A DNA stretch of 64,000 nucleotides, taken from NCBI RefSeq assembly GCF_009914755.1, contig NC_060934.1; one strand, given 5' to 3'. Under the pieces are notes generated by a model. That model ran no database searches and had not been told where the DNA came from. It was given only the letters and a program-made list of their open reading frames with translations. The position numbers and the translations under genes were made by a program. The DNA is from the human T2T-CHM13v2.0 reference genome, Homo sapiens. Shown in pieces: positions 12,234-25,379 of this stretch (position 1 is the first letter of the stretch; every line of letters starts with the position of its first letter).

Positions 12234-15200
12234 GATGCATTTGGGAAACCTTTCAAGGAAAGATGTCTGGATTTGGAGGTGGGCCTGTAGCAAGGAAGGA
12301 GGTGCACCCCCCCGGGAAGAGCTTGAGTCCAGGCACGAACACAGGAAGGACATTCGTGGGGCAGGGAGTCAGGACAGACCAGCATCCAGTCCAGGAGCAA
12401 GAACTGGTGGCTGGAAATGCCTGAGGGGCCAACTTAGAACACAGGGAAGGGACTCTCTCCAGGAAAGGACGCCAGGTGTGGGAATGCTAACTCCTCTTGG
12501 CAGGTGGCAGGCTGCTAAGGAGCTGCTGGCTCATCACCCTTTGAAGTTAAGTTGAATACAGTGTATCACTTATCAGGAGGGTAGTAAAGGAAATGGGTCA
12601 TCTTGGTTTGCACTACTTGATACCATCAAACTTCCAAGTTTAATATGGCATGAAAAAGCAAGGAACCATTGAGTGAAGCCCTTGCCCTCTGGGACCAACT
12701 TTCCCCTGCCTTTCAGGGTAGAAGTTAGCATCCTGGGGGCCCTATAGGCACAAGGCTCTCTGGCTGCTGGGTCCACCTGGAACTGCACCTCAGGGATGCC
12801 AGTGGATGGTGTAGGAGTGGATGATGTGCGTTTCCGAGTGACTTCCGCTCTTCCTTTTTGTCCGCCAGCTGCACATACAGTCTTAGTGTCTAGCATTCAT
12901 GCTGTAGTTCCCTCTGTAAACACAACACACCAACCACCCACCTAGCAACCTTGGAAGGTCACCCAGAAAGCCACGTACTTGGGCAGTGTTGGCAGTGAGG
13001 AGCCAGGGCTACGGTCTGTATGGTAACAGCCCCATCACCGGCAGGACAGGCCACAGCCACATGGCAATGTGGTAGTTGGGGGAATATGGCAATATTCTGA
13101 AACGGCAGTTCTCCTAAATAAATAGCACATCAACTTACTTAAACCTAATCATAAATGGTACAAATTGGGCCCATGTGCAAACAGAAACCCGAGCCGAAGT
13201 CCGGAGTTAAAGCAACCATTGTTTCTCGCCTGACCTGGGCTGGGGGAAGCCTTGCGTGTCCGATTACATCTGCTAAAACGATTTGAATGCCAGCCCCGTA
13301 TTTTAATTATAAATATATAAAAAAATTTTAATAAGACGGCATTCTGGGCTTTCTAAGCCTTTAAAATGCTCATTGGGGGTGGAGAAGAGAGAGGAGAATT
13401 CCATGTGCCCCAGACCCAGCGCCAGTGTATAATGATTGAATGTTTTCCTGTAATAAATTGAAAAAATCTGGTTTGTAAGAATGGATCCAAATCACTTGGC
13501 ATTAGAAAGGTAATTCGTTACCTGGCTTCCAATGTACTGGATCTTGGTGAAGAGCTGCAATCACCAGAGAAAGGAAAGGGTACCAGAAGGAAACTTGTGC
13601 CTGGCCCCCACCCCTGCAAATTTCTACACCAGCCCTCCTTGCCTGGCCTCCCTCTGCCTTTTAGCATTTTCTCATCATTCCAGAACAAGAGGCTCTGCAG
13701 CTCAAAATGGGGAAAGGGGTTTCTCAGGACCCAAGCCAGCTCTTAACCACCTTCTTTGTACCTCTCCAAACCTCAGGCCTGCTTAATTATGATTAATTGC
13801 CACATGGATAATCAGATACAGTTTCAAAAGGTTGGAAATGACACTCCAAGGACACCAGGGAAGATACAACGTATGCCTTTGTTCGCAGGAAGAAATGGCA
13901 GGTCCCTTCCTCAGCCCCATAACCTTTTCTTATTTTAACAATTCCAAACAGAATTAATACCATCAGTATATCGTTCCCACTCCGGGGAATTGAACTTCAA
14001 CTGTACAATTTCTGCAGCTGTCAGGGTTTTCCAACCTCCTGTCAATAATGCAATGTTGGGGTGTCCCTCTGCTGGAATGAAAGCAGTTTCAAGTTTCTGC
14101 TTTATGTCTGTGCTTTCTGGGTGGTGGGACATGATGAGAAAGTACAAAAAAAATAATAACAGCAGTAAAAAGCTTCCACTCTTGACTTAACTGGATCAAA
14201 TGTAATAGACTTCAGTCTTTTCTTCTGATTTCCTCTGCTTGTTTTAGAAAACACTGTGAAAGTACAGGAGATTTTGTCTTGCCAACTCTTCCCTCCATTT
14301 AAAATCCCTTTGGCTAAGTCAAGGATCACAGTGTGTCATTTCCAGTCTAGCAGAAGTGTTGGGCCGTGCTCAGCTCTTACTACCAGGAGGCAGATCCCTC
14401 GGTTCCCGGCGCCAGTGTTGCTGGGCTTGGCTCCTGTCCCGGTATTGTTCCCCTCATTGCATTCCAGAGGGCCTCTCAGCCAGTTAATGTTTGCACTGGG
14501 AGGTCCAAATATCCAGCAATCAGCACTGAACTTTTCTCTTTTTGTTGAGAATTGCAGGTTTCAAATGCAATCTCTGGCTTTAAAGAAAAACTTACAGGTG
14601 AACACAAAAGCACTAATTTACATTTTATTCACAAACAATAATATTTGCAGCAGTTTCACCATGTGTGCTCATAAAAGAGTTTTAGAAGACGTCTGGCTTT
14701 TTTTTTTTAAGACTTTATGGTGGCTGGAATTGGTTTACCAATTTAAGGGCAGTCATTTCATTTATTTATTTATTTTTTAAAATCCTAAATAGCATAAAAG
14801 TATTTTATGCTAGACTGTGAACAGTTCATACATTCTGCATGGTTAATACATGTACTCACATGGGAAACAGCCATCAGAAATAGATAAACTAATTTGAACC
14901 AGTTTCAAGCACATAGCATTTAATTAAATCACATCTTCAGAATGGATTTTAAAGGTTGGGATTTTCAGAGCACAGGGGCCGCACACAGCATCTTGGCCGT
15001 GGTCCTGGAACGCTCTGCCAAGATGGCCACAACTCACGGGCCTGCGATTGGGACCAACATTTCATGCAGTTTTGCACAGGATTTCATGCCCAAACCCAGG
15101 GGACGTGAGCTTCTGACCCTCCCAGCGCAGCCAAGTGCTTCTCCGGAGGGCAGTGGCAGAGGTCTCTTAGTACGTGGGTCTTTCCAGTGGAGCCTGTGAA

Positions 15201-16029
15201 GGGAGGGCTCACCCCCCTTTCCTCACCAAAGCACCAGGAGCCATACCTGGGCCCAAGGTGGCTGAGGCTGTAGACCTTCCTTTCTCCCACCCTAAGGACC
15301 ATCATTATCCAGGGCTTCAGCACAAACACTGCTGGGAAGTGGGAAGTGGGGTGCTGGCGAAGGGCTCAGAAAGCCCACGAGCCCAACGTCTCCTGAGGAT
15401 GCTGCCCTAGGATCCCAGGTGCCAAAGGGTTAGGCTGCCTGAAATAGACGTGCAGGCAGAGCACTGCCCTCCACCGACTTGGAGGACAGCCTGGCTGACC
15501 CTGCATGCCCTTTGAGACCATCAACCATGGATTTCCTGGCCCAGCTCTGGGCAGGAGAGTTCTCTCCTCCTGCCTTCCTTCCTCTGTCCATGGCCACTGC
15601 CACCACATCCTCTCTTCTGCTACCTCCGTGTTTTTCTGGAGCTCAAAGGGTAAGCAAAGACAGTCTTCTTATTCTCACTTGTCACAAACTGAAAAAGGAA
15701 AAGAGTCCTTTGTTAGGGGGCAATCACCCTCATGATGATTTTCTCCCATTCTTTTGAAAACCACAGCTTTAGGAAAATGACCACAACACCGCCTCTGACT
15801 TTTCTCCCAGAACTGCTTTTTCACTGCCTTTCTGATGCTGCCCTGCTCCTGCCCAGGTAGATGAGAGCAGTGTAACCAGTGTCACTTGCCGAGCTGGTGG
15901 CCATTCTTCAAGATGCAGCTCATTCGCCATGATGTTGGAAGGCCCGGAATGGCCCCCAGTAGAGTGAACGATGCCCTAGTGCTGCACACTCCTGGGCTGC
16001 GTCCCTCACCTGTGCATTATAGATCTATA

Positions 16030-16942
16030 CAATCACGCACTGCATAACACTGTTTCTGTCAACTACAGCCCATGTGTATGAGAGTGGCCCCATAAGATTG
16101 TAATGGAGTTGAAAAATTCCTTTCACCTAGTGACATCTTGACGATTCTGACCCTGCGTAGGTCTAGGCTAATGTGTGTATTTTTGTCTTGCTTTTTCACC
16201 AAAAAAGCTTTAAAAGTTAACAAAAAAAAGTATAAATTTCAAAAATAGAAAAAAGCTTATATTCTTATTCTTATATTCTTATTCAAGAATGTAAAGAAAG
16301 AAAACATTTTTGAACAGCTGTACAAGGTGTTTGTGTTTTAAGCGAAGGATTATTACAAAAAATAAGTTAAAAATATTAAAAAATTCAATATTAAAAGTTA
16401 AAAATACTAAAAGATGTCAAAAAGTTAAAAATATTAAAACTTTTATAAAGTAAAAAGTTACAGTAAGTTAAGGTTAACTTCTTCTTGAAGAAAAATATGT
16501 TTTTTAGATATTTAATGTAGCTTAAGAGTGCTTATAAAGTCTACAATAGTATACAGTAATGTCCTAAGCCTTCACATTCACCAATTCACACTCTCCACTC
16601 ACTGACTGACTCACCTAGAGCAACTTCCAGTTCTGCAAGCTACACTCATGGTAAGCGCCTATGCAGGTGCACCAGTTTTTATTTTTTATACTGTGTATTT
16701 TCTGTATCTTTTCTATGTTTAGACACATACACATACTCATCATTTGCCTGCAGTGTTCAGTATGGTAACATGCAGTACAGATTGGTAGCCTAGGAGCACT
16801 AGGCTCTACAATATAGCATAGATGTGCAGTACGCTGTGCCATGGAGGTGTGTGTAAATACACTCTGTGGTGTTTGCACAAGAGCAAAATCAGCTAATGAT
16901 GCAGTTCTCAGAATGTGTTCTCGTCATTAAGTGACATGACTG
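16030..16942 (+). mobile_element. Tigger3 (Tigger3b-like) TcMar DNA transposon derivative
   Basis: Starts ta|caatcacgcactgcataacactgtttc, carries ggccccataagattgtaatggagttgaaaaattcct, and ends cattaagtgacatgactg. Termini form degenerate inverted repeats. Confidence 0.85.
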
Positions 16943-17862
16943 TGCTCACCCTCCATACCCACCTCCTTGGATGGTGGGCTCCTTGAGGACAGGGCCCATT
17001 TCTTCATCACCTCCTCTTTCTTTCTTCCTCTTCACCCTCATCCAAGGACTAGTCAAGAAATTCAGACCAGAGAAAGCCTTCAATCATGGTTTGGTAAAAC
17101 AATACAGAATTGCAAGTAGATGAAGAGCATTAACCTGTTTGTTCCAGTTGGGTTGCTGGGAAAAGAAATCATTTTCCACATCATTTTTAATATTACTCTT
17201 TGTCCACCCATCCCGAAGGTCATTGAAAGGGAAATCGTTCGCTTGTTCGTTCATTCTATTCAGCCATCTTTGCTGAGCTCTGCTCTATGCCAGGTACCTG
17301 GAAGGTCAGGGAGCCCAATGGCCAGAGGAGAGGTAAGAACCCAAGGATTGTATAAAAATGGCTGAGCACAGTGTGGGGAAAGAATAAACAGTGGTAAAGA
17401 ACCGGCTCCCCACTGCAATTTGGAAAGCATAACTAATCTGCTGGTAAGCCTCAAGGACAGCAAAACGAAAACCGACCCATCTGGAATGTTCTATGGGATG
17501 GACAGGGTTGCCAAGGTGCTGCTGAAGAAGCCAGGGTCAGGGAAAGAGGCGAGAGCAAGGAGACATCAGGGGACACGGGAACAATCGCACCAGCCCCTTC
17601 TCACTCCACCCAAATGACATTAGTTCTGCTGTTTTCCAGAATATCAGGAAGGAATTAGAATCCCAAAGGCAGGACTTCCAAACTTGAAAAAAACCAAGGT
17701 AGTGCACCCAGTGGATGCCAAAGGGTTAAACCACTGTACAAGTTGAGTTAATTATTGATGTGACAGGTTCTCAGTCTGATAATGAAAAACTATGTTCAAA
17801 TATATACTTTATTATGCTGTATTAAGCCAATTTAAAAATAAAGTCTGCTTAATTATTTTAGT

Positions 17863-18382
17863 GCAGAGATCATAAACTCAAATGTCCAAAGAGGCAGATG
17901 TAGGGGTAGGAAGGTTAATGCAGCCCAGCGGGTATGTGAGGTGGGAGAGGAAGCGGTTCTGGGCCCTGGACGGCAGAGGCCAAATGCTCCAAGCCCAGGG
18001 TCCTTCCCACTGGTGTTGCAGTGTGGCAATGTGGGCCCAAGGTTTCTAGGATTTCCCAGCTTTCGGGAGAAACCAGAAACCTACATTTATAAGTAAAAGC
18101 TCTTAATTTTAGAATGCCAGTTCTAAAACTGTAGAATGTTTTGGGATGAACAAAAAACATTTGCTGGTTTTAGAAATTGCAAGGCAGCCAACACGTAGGT
18201 GAAGAGAGAGCCCTGGTGTGCAGGATCTGGCACGAAGTGGAGATGGAAGGCCAAACAGGACAAAGGCAGGAGGTCACCGGGGCCGGGAGTTGCCTCCTGG
18301 CCCTTGAGTTCAGCACCTCACCCAATTTTAAGATTGCTTTTCTAGTTTCTCCAATACATGGGCTGTCAGATTGCCACCATGT
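17863..18382 (-). mobile_element. MER102-like hAT-Charlie element interrupted by a 183-bp insertion
   Basis: gcaatgtgggcccaagg...ggagaaaccagaaacc...aacaaaaaacatttgctgg[insert]tacatgggctgtcagattgccacc matches the antisense MER102 consensus as I recall it. Confidence 0.7.
18172..18354 (+). repeat. Dispersed direct repeat, copy 1 (183 bp)
   Basis: Aligns without gaps to 21456..21638 with 8 mismatches by manual count. Confidence 0.97.
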
Positions 18383-18594
18383 TTTAAAGTATTTTTAAAT
18401 AATAGATGTTTTAATTATATTTCTAATAATTTCTAAATTTCAAGGAAGGTAATTAAGGGTTGAAGTAGTGTCTTTTATTTAAAGGGTTTCAAAATTCTTA
18501 ACTATCAGATATTTGAAGCAGAAACTCTTTAGCATATGAAATTACATAATAAAAATAGGAAACTGTTTCTAACATTTGCTAATAATGCAAATAT

Positions 18595-18770
18595 TATGGC
18601 AAGTGCTATGTTACTGAAGTGCTGCAATGGCCCTATGAGATGGGAACTATAATTCTCTTCATGCTACAGATGAGGAGACTGAGACAAAAAGAGGTCAAGC
18701 AGTTGGCTGAACTTCACAAGTTCACTTTTACTTTCTTGAAGTGGAGTTAAAGTCCAAGGTTGCCACCACA
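18595..18770 (-). mobile_element. MIR SINE
   Basis: ccctatgagatgggaactataatt...tacagatgaggagactgagac...gaggtcaagcagttggctgaacttcaca, the antisense MIR core. Confidence 0.75.
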
Positions 18771-19019
18771 ACACTATTTTGTATCCCTAACTAAATATGA
18801 AAGCAATTTGTATTATTTTGAGGGATGGAAGCCTTTCTTTTAGCAATTTTCAAACAGCAAAAATGAATGCCAGTGCAAGCTTGAACATCATTTCTTAAAA
18901 TAGTTAGCATCTTTTTCCCCGTCAGAAGCACCTTTCCTAACTCTCATTTTATGCTTGTTGATATTAAGATGTCATTTGAAAGTCATACTCAGTTTGTTAC
19001 TTATCAGAGTTTTTACGAA

Positions 19020-19250
19020 GCAGTACACCACGGCAGAAAGACCTCAGACATCGAGGTTAAAGAGGTCTCCGTTTGTATTCTAGCTCTGACATTTGTGAAG
19101 TCATGTGAGTTGAGACAACTGACTTAAGCCTGTATCAGTCTTCTCCCCTGTTAAATGGGAGTAATTTCCATCCCAATTGCAGTGCTATGATCCGGATTAG
19201 AAACAACATATACAAACTGCCCCCTAGTGGCTGGCCTGGTATAGAGTTTC
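19020..19250 (+). mobile_element. MIR SINE
   Basis: tctagctctgacatttg...tcagtcttctcccctgttaaatgggagtaat, MIR core. Confidence 0.65.
19217..19232 (-). promoter_or_regulatory. Candidate CTCF binding site
   Basis: ctgccccctagtggct; the reverse complement AGCCACTAGGGGGCAG is a near-perfect CTCF core. Confidence 0.55.
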
Positions 19251-21455
19251 CTTCTGTTTTATTATTCAATTATAGTGATCTACCTTGAGGCACCATGAGA
19301 ATAAAATTAGATACATAGAAAATCCACAAGCAGAAAGCTATCACCCACAGCTTTCCACCTGTAGAAAATAAAAGTGACTTCTGAGCTCATTCACCACCCT
19401 CCCCAGTGGCCTCTTTTGCCAGGAACCCTGTAATATTTGTGAGTGAGTATTTTGTTGAGGTGGCAGCTAAGAGCCAGGGTTCCAGCCCCGACACTTTCTT
19501 TCATTGCCTTGGGACCTTGAACAGGTGGCTTCCTGTCCTTTACATAAGCTGGGCCCTGAGACTCCCCCAGGAGGAAACACGGGCTCCTGCCTGCTGTGAG
19601 TCACAGGGCCCTGCAAACTCAAATGAGACGTTCAGGGAAAGGCCTGGAATCTGAAAAGCGCTGCAGAGATGAAGGGATTATTGAGATTGTTGAGATAAAA
19701 CTCTCCTGATTTTTGCACGGGTGCCCTGTAAAGCTGTTTCCTGAAACATGCCAGTTTACCCTGTGCCCCAGTTTTGCCTGTTTTAGCCCCGATATGAGTG
19801 TTCCCCAGGCAAAGGCATCCTTTCCTACGATTTCAGCTCTGCAGGGCTGTTCATGCCACTTTGTGTGTCATGGAAGCATGGTGGAGGGCAGACAAGCCAC
19901 AGCATGGGAAGCATCTGCCCGGCCTTGCTATGAATGCCAGCCTCCTGCCTGGGCTTTCCTCCTAGCACCAGCTCCTGCTGCTGAGGGCTGGAGAGAGAAT
20001 CCCTAAGCTGTCCCTGCCCACCTGCCTGGCTGACGCTGTGGGTGTCTGACAGCCTGGGCCTTCATGCTCCCCTCACACCTATCTGCCTGGCTGTCACCTC
20101 GTCCCTGCATTCCTGCTTCCTGCCACGGGGATGCCAGTTCCCAATGCTCCGCACCTTGGGCTCTTGCACTCAAAGCCTTCCAGGTCCCGCGACCACAAGT
20201 TCTGAGTCCCAGAGAGCACACGAGCTTCCATACATGCTCTGCTGGCTTCAGGACTCAGTGAAGTGAATGGCTCCACTGTGACCTGTGGGTGATAAGACTT
20301 CGGTCCCCAGCTCCTGCTTCTTTCTTCCCAAAATACCATCCAACTCAGTTCCCAGCAGGAGCTGCCAGGCCACCGACGGGGCATGAGCAGTTTGCATCCT
20401 AACGCTGCAAGAGACCCACTTCCTCACCTGCACACAACACCAGGGCGCAGGCCCACACCAGAATCCTCACCGGTCCCTCTAGCTGTCAAGTGCATGACCC
20501 AAGCTTCCATTTCCTGTCCATAACCTGAAGGAGTCAGTGGGGACTGGATGGGATGGTGATGAGGTGTGAACGCGCTGGGGCAGGTGCTATACACATAGAG
20601 GAGGTACCACACATCCATTCACTTGTTCAGGAAGCATTTCCTGGGCACTTATTGTGTGAGGCATCATTGGAAGCAGAATAGAAGAGCTGCCACTGCCACG
20701 TGCACCAAGTGGGGACAGCAAGAGCCCCTTGCACAAAGTGATGCAACACAAGATGAAGGGGGTCCAAGCAGAGGGAGGAGAGGTGGGACAGGATGACCAG
20801 GCCAGGCACCACACACACTGCGCCCCTCCACTTGTTGCAAAGAGGTGGAAGGATGCAGCAGCCAGAGAGGCAGACAATTGGGTGGAACGCTCGCTGCCCA
20901 TGAACCAAGGCACCCCAGATCGACCTCAAGGGCCTTCGTTACAAGCTAACATCTCAGCAGGAGTGTTTTTGGCAGGGAATGAAGGCAGGTTGCAGAAGGA
21001 ATGGTGAGCAGGAGCTGTGTCTGGGAGAGGGCTGGGCAGAATTGGGCATAGTTAACATGCCCTATGGCATAGTTTGAACTTCTTTACATGTGCACGTATT
21101 AGTTTCTTTTTTAATTAAAATTAGAAATTCTAATCAGTAATATTCATGATTGGTAATAGAATAAGAAACTGGAGAGAGAAAAACCATTTCGGAAATTATC
21201 TCAAAAATTCACAGAGAATGTAAGTAAGCCCAGAGTAGGCGGTTGGTGGAGAGGCTAGAAAGAGAAAGCTGGAGGTGGGAGCCATCCTAGGCCAGCCCTT
21301 CTGTTCTTTATTCTCATTCAAAGATAACTGGAACATTCCAAGGGCAGGCAGCAGCAAGGATGATGGAGCAGAGGCTGCCTGGAGGGTTGTCCTTGACTGA
21401 GGAGGCAACCAGTTTGAATTGAGGTTGAATGAGCCTTAGGCTTGAGTGTGGACCC

Positions 21456-21638
21456 AGAAATTGCAAGGCAGCCAACATGTAGGTGAAGAGAGAGCCCTGG
21501 TGTGCAGGATCTGGCACGAAGTGGAGATGGACGACCAAAAAGGACAAAGGCAGGAGGTCATGGGGGCCTGGAGTTGCCTCCTGGCCCTTGAGTTCAGCAC
21601 CTCACCCAATTTTAAGATTGCTTGTCTAGTTTCTCCAA
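21456..21638 (+). repeat. Dispersed direct repeat, copy 2 (183 bp; probable donor)
   Basis: Aligns without gaps to 18172..18354. Confidence 0.97.
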
Positions 21639-22068
21639 GCAAGAAGCAGTGATCCAGGGCCTGCTGAGGCTCTTCGATGGTGAGGTGAGCCTGGCTTCCC
21701 GAGTGTTCCTTAATTATGTTGCTGGTTTATTAAAATGCTGAGCATCTTCTGCCCTTCTCTGTGCCAAGATCTGCCTTCTCCTTCTACGGTCTGTCCATTA
21801 ATTCCAGTTCTGCTAGTGGGGCATAGAAAACTCAGCTGGCTGACTGCTACTGTATGCCAATAAATGTGTGCCCAGATCTGTCTGCAAAGCCTTGCCCCGC
21901 AAGAGAGTGGCTCCGTGTGGGTTGGGAGCTGGAGGACAGGCATCAGACTATTAAGGGGGGCAACATGGGTGGTGAAGAAATGGAGGAAGGGAAGTGAGCA
22001 TCTGAACCCCAAAACGCTGCAGAGAAGGCAGGAGAGAAACCAATGGGACCTCAAAGGGGCTTCTAGGC

Positions 22069-22258
22069 TGTTGTGAGCTGAACTGTGTCCTCCCTAAATT
22101 CATGTGTTGAGGTCCTAATGCCCAGTACCACCAAGTGTGATTGCATTTGGAAATATGGTCTTTCAAAGGATAATTAGATTAAAATGAGGACATTAAGGTG
22201 GGCCCGGATCCAATATGGCTGGTGTCCTGAGGAGAAGAGGAAATCTGGACACAGACAC
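22069..22258 (+). mobile_element. MLT1A/B/C-type MaLR LTR, 5' half
   Basis: tgttgtgagctgaactgtgtcctccctaaattcatgtgttgaggtcctaa...ccaatatggctggtgtcctgaggagaagaggaaatctggacacagac. Confidence 0.85.
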
Positions 22259-22945
<687 letters not shown>

Positions 22946-22959
22946 TTACATCAGGTAAA

Positions 22960-24100
22960 GAACACAGATGATGCGGCCAATTGTCATCAGCCAGCACCTG
23001 CCATGAGCCACCCCAGTGGTGGCATGGCAGGTCTGTGGATGGAATGACCACCGTGGGAGAGACAGAGGCTCCCTGGCCCAAGAGCATGAGCTCTTCTTAC
23101 CAAGGGTGGTTTAACTGCTGCTGCCCCTGAATGTCCAATCTGCCAGCAACAGAGCCTGGAGAAGTCTCACTGGTTGCTTGGTGGGAGGTGGACTTCATCA
23201 GGTCCCTTCACGTGGAAGGGCTAGAGATGCATTTGTTACCATCGGAACAGGCACATCCTCTGGGTATGGGTTTGCCTCTCCTGTCCACTGGGCCTCAGCT
23301 GGCACCACTATCTGAAGGCCCAGGAAATGTTTGACCCAGCACTGTGGGATGCCACAAAATGTCACAGGGCTGACTGTACCGCAAGGGAATTGCAGGAGTG
23401 TGCCTGGAACCCCGGGAGGCAATGATGGCGCCACATGCCGCACACCCAGGAGCGGCTACCTGGTGAAGGGGTGGAAAGAGGCTCTACTGAGGCTCCCCTA
23501 TTGATAGCAGTCCACTAGTACAGGGTGCCCTCTTCTAGGAGGCAGGATACACTTGGAGGCCAAACCTCCACAAGGTGCTCTGTCCCGATGGGAAGAATTC
23601 ATGGAGCAGTGACTGTGCAGTGGCAAGAATGGCGCCACTGACGGTCAACTCGCAGAGACCTCCTGGGGCACCTGGTGTTTTAACCCATTACCTCTTCGTT
23701 CTGCAGGGTTACGGTCCTGGTCCCCAAAGGAGACATAATTTCCCCAAGAAACACCATAAGAGTCCCATGGAACTCTAAGCTGTGGCCACCACCTGGATGC
23801 CAGCAGGCACAGAGACAGTCACCATCCTGGCAGAAAGATTGAGCCTGGTCCTCAGGAGGAGGTCAAGCTGCTGCGACACAACTAGGGAGGAAGGAGAAGT
23901 GTCCACATGGGTGCCTCATGGTGCTCCCCTGGCCAACCGTGAGGGTGAAAGGAGGGGTGCAACGGCCTTGCCTAAAAAGGGCATGGAGACCGAGGGCTTG
24001 ACCCTGGGCGGAGACAGTCACACAACCGGGCAGGCCACAAGGCCAGAGTTGTGCTAGCTGAGGACAGGGGGACCTGGGATGGATATGGGTGGAACTGATG
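22960..24100 (+). mobile_element. ERVL-class internal fragment (degenerate integrase region)
   Basis: gctgctgcccctgaatgtccaatctgccagcaacag translates AAAPECPICQQQ (integrase zinc finger). It is followed by AWWEVDFI (WQVDYIGPLP motif) and SGYGFA-like codons, with frameshifts. Confidence 0.8.
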
Positions 24101-24617
24101 GTGGCCCTGGTACAACTGCAGTTCTGGGGGTTGGAGTGTGCCCCACAGCCCTTTTGCTCCAAGTCATCCCCAGGAAGAGAGGCCTGCAGAATTCTGCAGG
24201 GGCTGCTCCTTGACTGGGCATGAAGTGGATCTGAGTCACACGTGGGGATACGGGATTGCACAGCTCAGATCCCCCCAAGGCCCCCAGACCACCGGAGGAC
24301 TCCATGTTCCAGATGTCATCTGCCCAGGGTTTGCCTCAGCTGCAGGGAGCAGCCCTGCCCAGGGTACACCCTTGCCCAGGCAGTCCGCAGGCAACACTGG
24401 GTGGTGCCGGGCTGGGAAGGAAGGCTTGGCCATTTCAGTCTGACACAAAACACCTGTCTCAGGCCCCACGCTCAAGGCCCCCATGACCGGGGCTTTGTCC
24501 CATGTAGCAGTCACTGTTCCCTCTCCTCTCAGTCCTTCTGGAAGAGTTGGTTCCTAATGAATACCCCATCCACCCAACTCCATCGCAGGATGGGCTTCCA
24601 GGAAAGCCAGGCTGCCC
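24100..24617 (+). mobile_element. Degenerate ERVL LTR (LTR16-like) following the internal segment
   Basis: Lies directly 3' of the ERVL internal fragment and ends ttcctaatgaatacccc...ggcttccaggaaagccaggctgccca, resembling LTR16 3' ends. Confidence 0.45.
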
Positions 24618-25147
24618 ATGGAAGGAGGAAATGAGTCTCAAAGCAGGGTGGAGGCAGCAGTGTTCATGCCAAACACAGTGGTAAACTCCGGTATGGTGAT
24701 GTTATTGGGAAAACAAAGACCCAAAGACAAGAGAGACATCTCATACACTCCAGGGTCTAGATTCATATACTCCATGTCCACACATGGAAGGTTTCTGTGG
24801 TGGAGGACAGAGCCCCTGCTCACAGCCGATGTCAGGCCATTGGTGGCTCCTAAGGGTCGTTTCTGGAGCCTCCGTGCAGGAAGCAGCATGCTGTGAAAGG
24901 GTGACTTCTCTGTCTGGTGGCGTCTACCCCGGGGCTGGCCCTCCTTTAGCATACAAACTCAAAGGGGAAAATAGACACAAAACTTTTCACCTTGAGGCAA
25001 CAGCTTGTGTTGTTTGCGTCTGCATAGGCAAAGGAGGCACTCGGTTTAAAGGCTTGAGTCCCTCACCTCAGCACCCGAGTAGCCTGCTGCTTCTCTGCCT
25101 CCTCTCTCATTTCCAAAGCTGAAGTCCTAGGCACAGGCACACATGCA

Positions 25148-25148
<1 letters not shown>

Positions 25149-25180
<32 letters not shown>
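25149..25180. repeat. (AC)16 microsatellite
   Basis: Read directly. Confidence 0.95.
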
Positions 25181-25183
<3 letters not shown>

Positions 25184-25379
25184 TGCACACACAATTTCCT
25201 GTGAATCCAAAAAACAAGAAAGAAAACAAAAAGCTGGCAGATGCTGATTTTTCCGCTTAACTGCACATATTTTATAGTATTTCTCTGTGTTTTTCTCCCA
25301 AGACGCCCACCTGACCTCACTCGCTCTCCAGATTCTCTCCATTGTGGCCAAATGTCACAGATCGTGTGAGGCTGTTTCA

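Noticed and set aside
24638-24952. Minus-strand ORF with protein-like segment MEYMNLDPGVYEM
   Set aside because: No recognisable family, no clear splice sites and a non-ATG start; probably chance.
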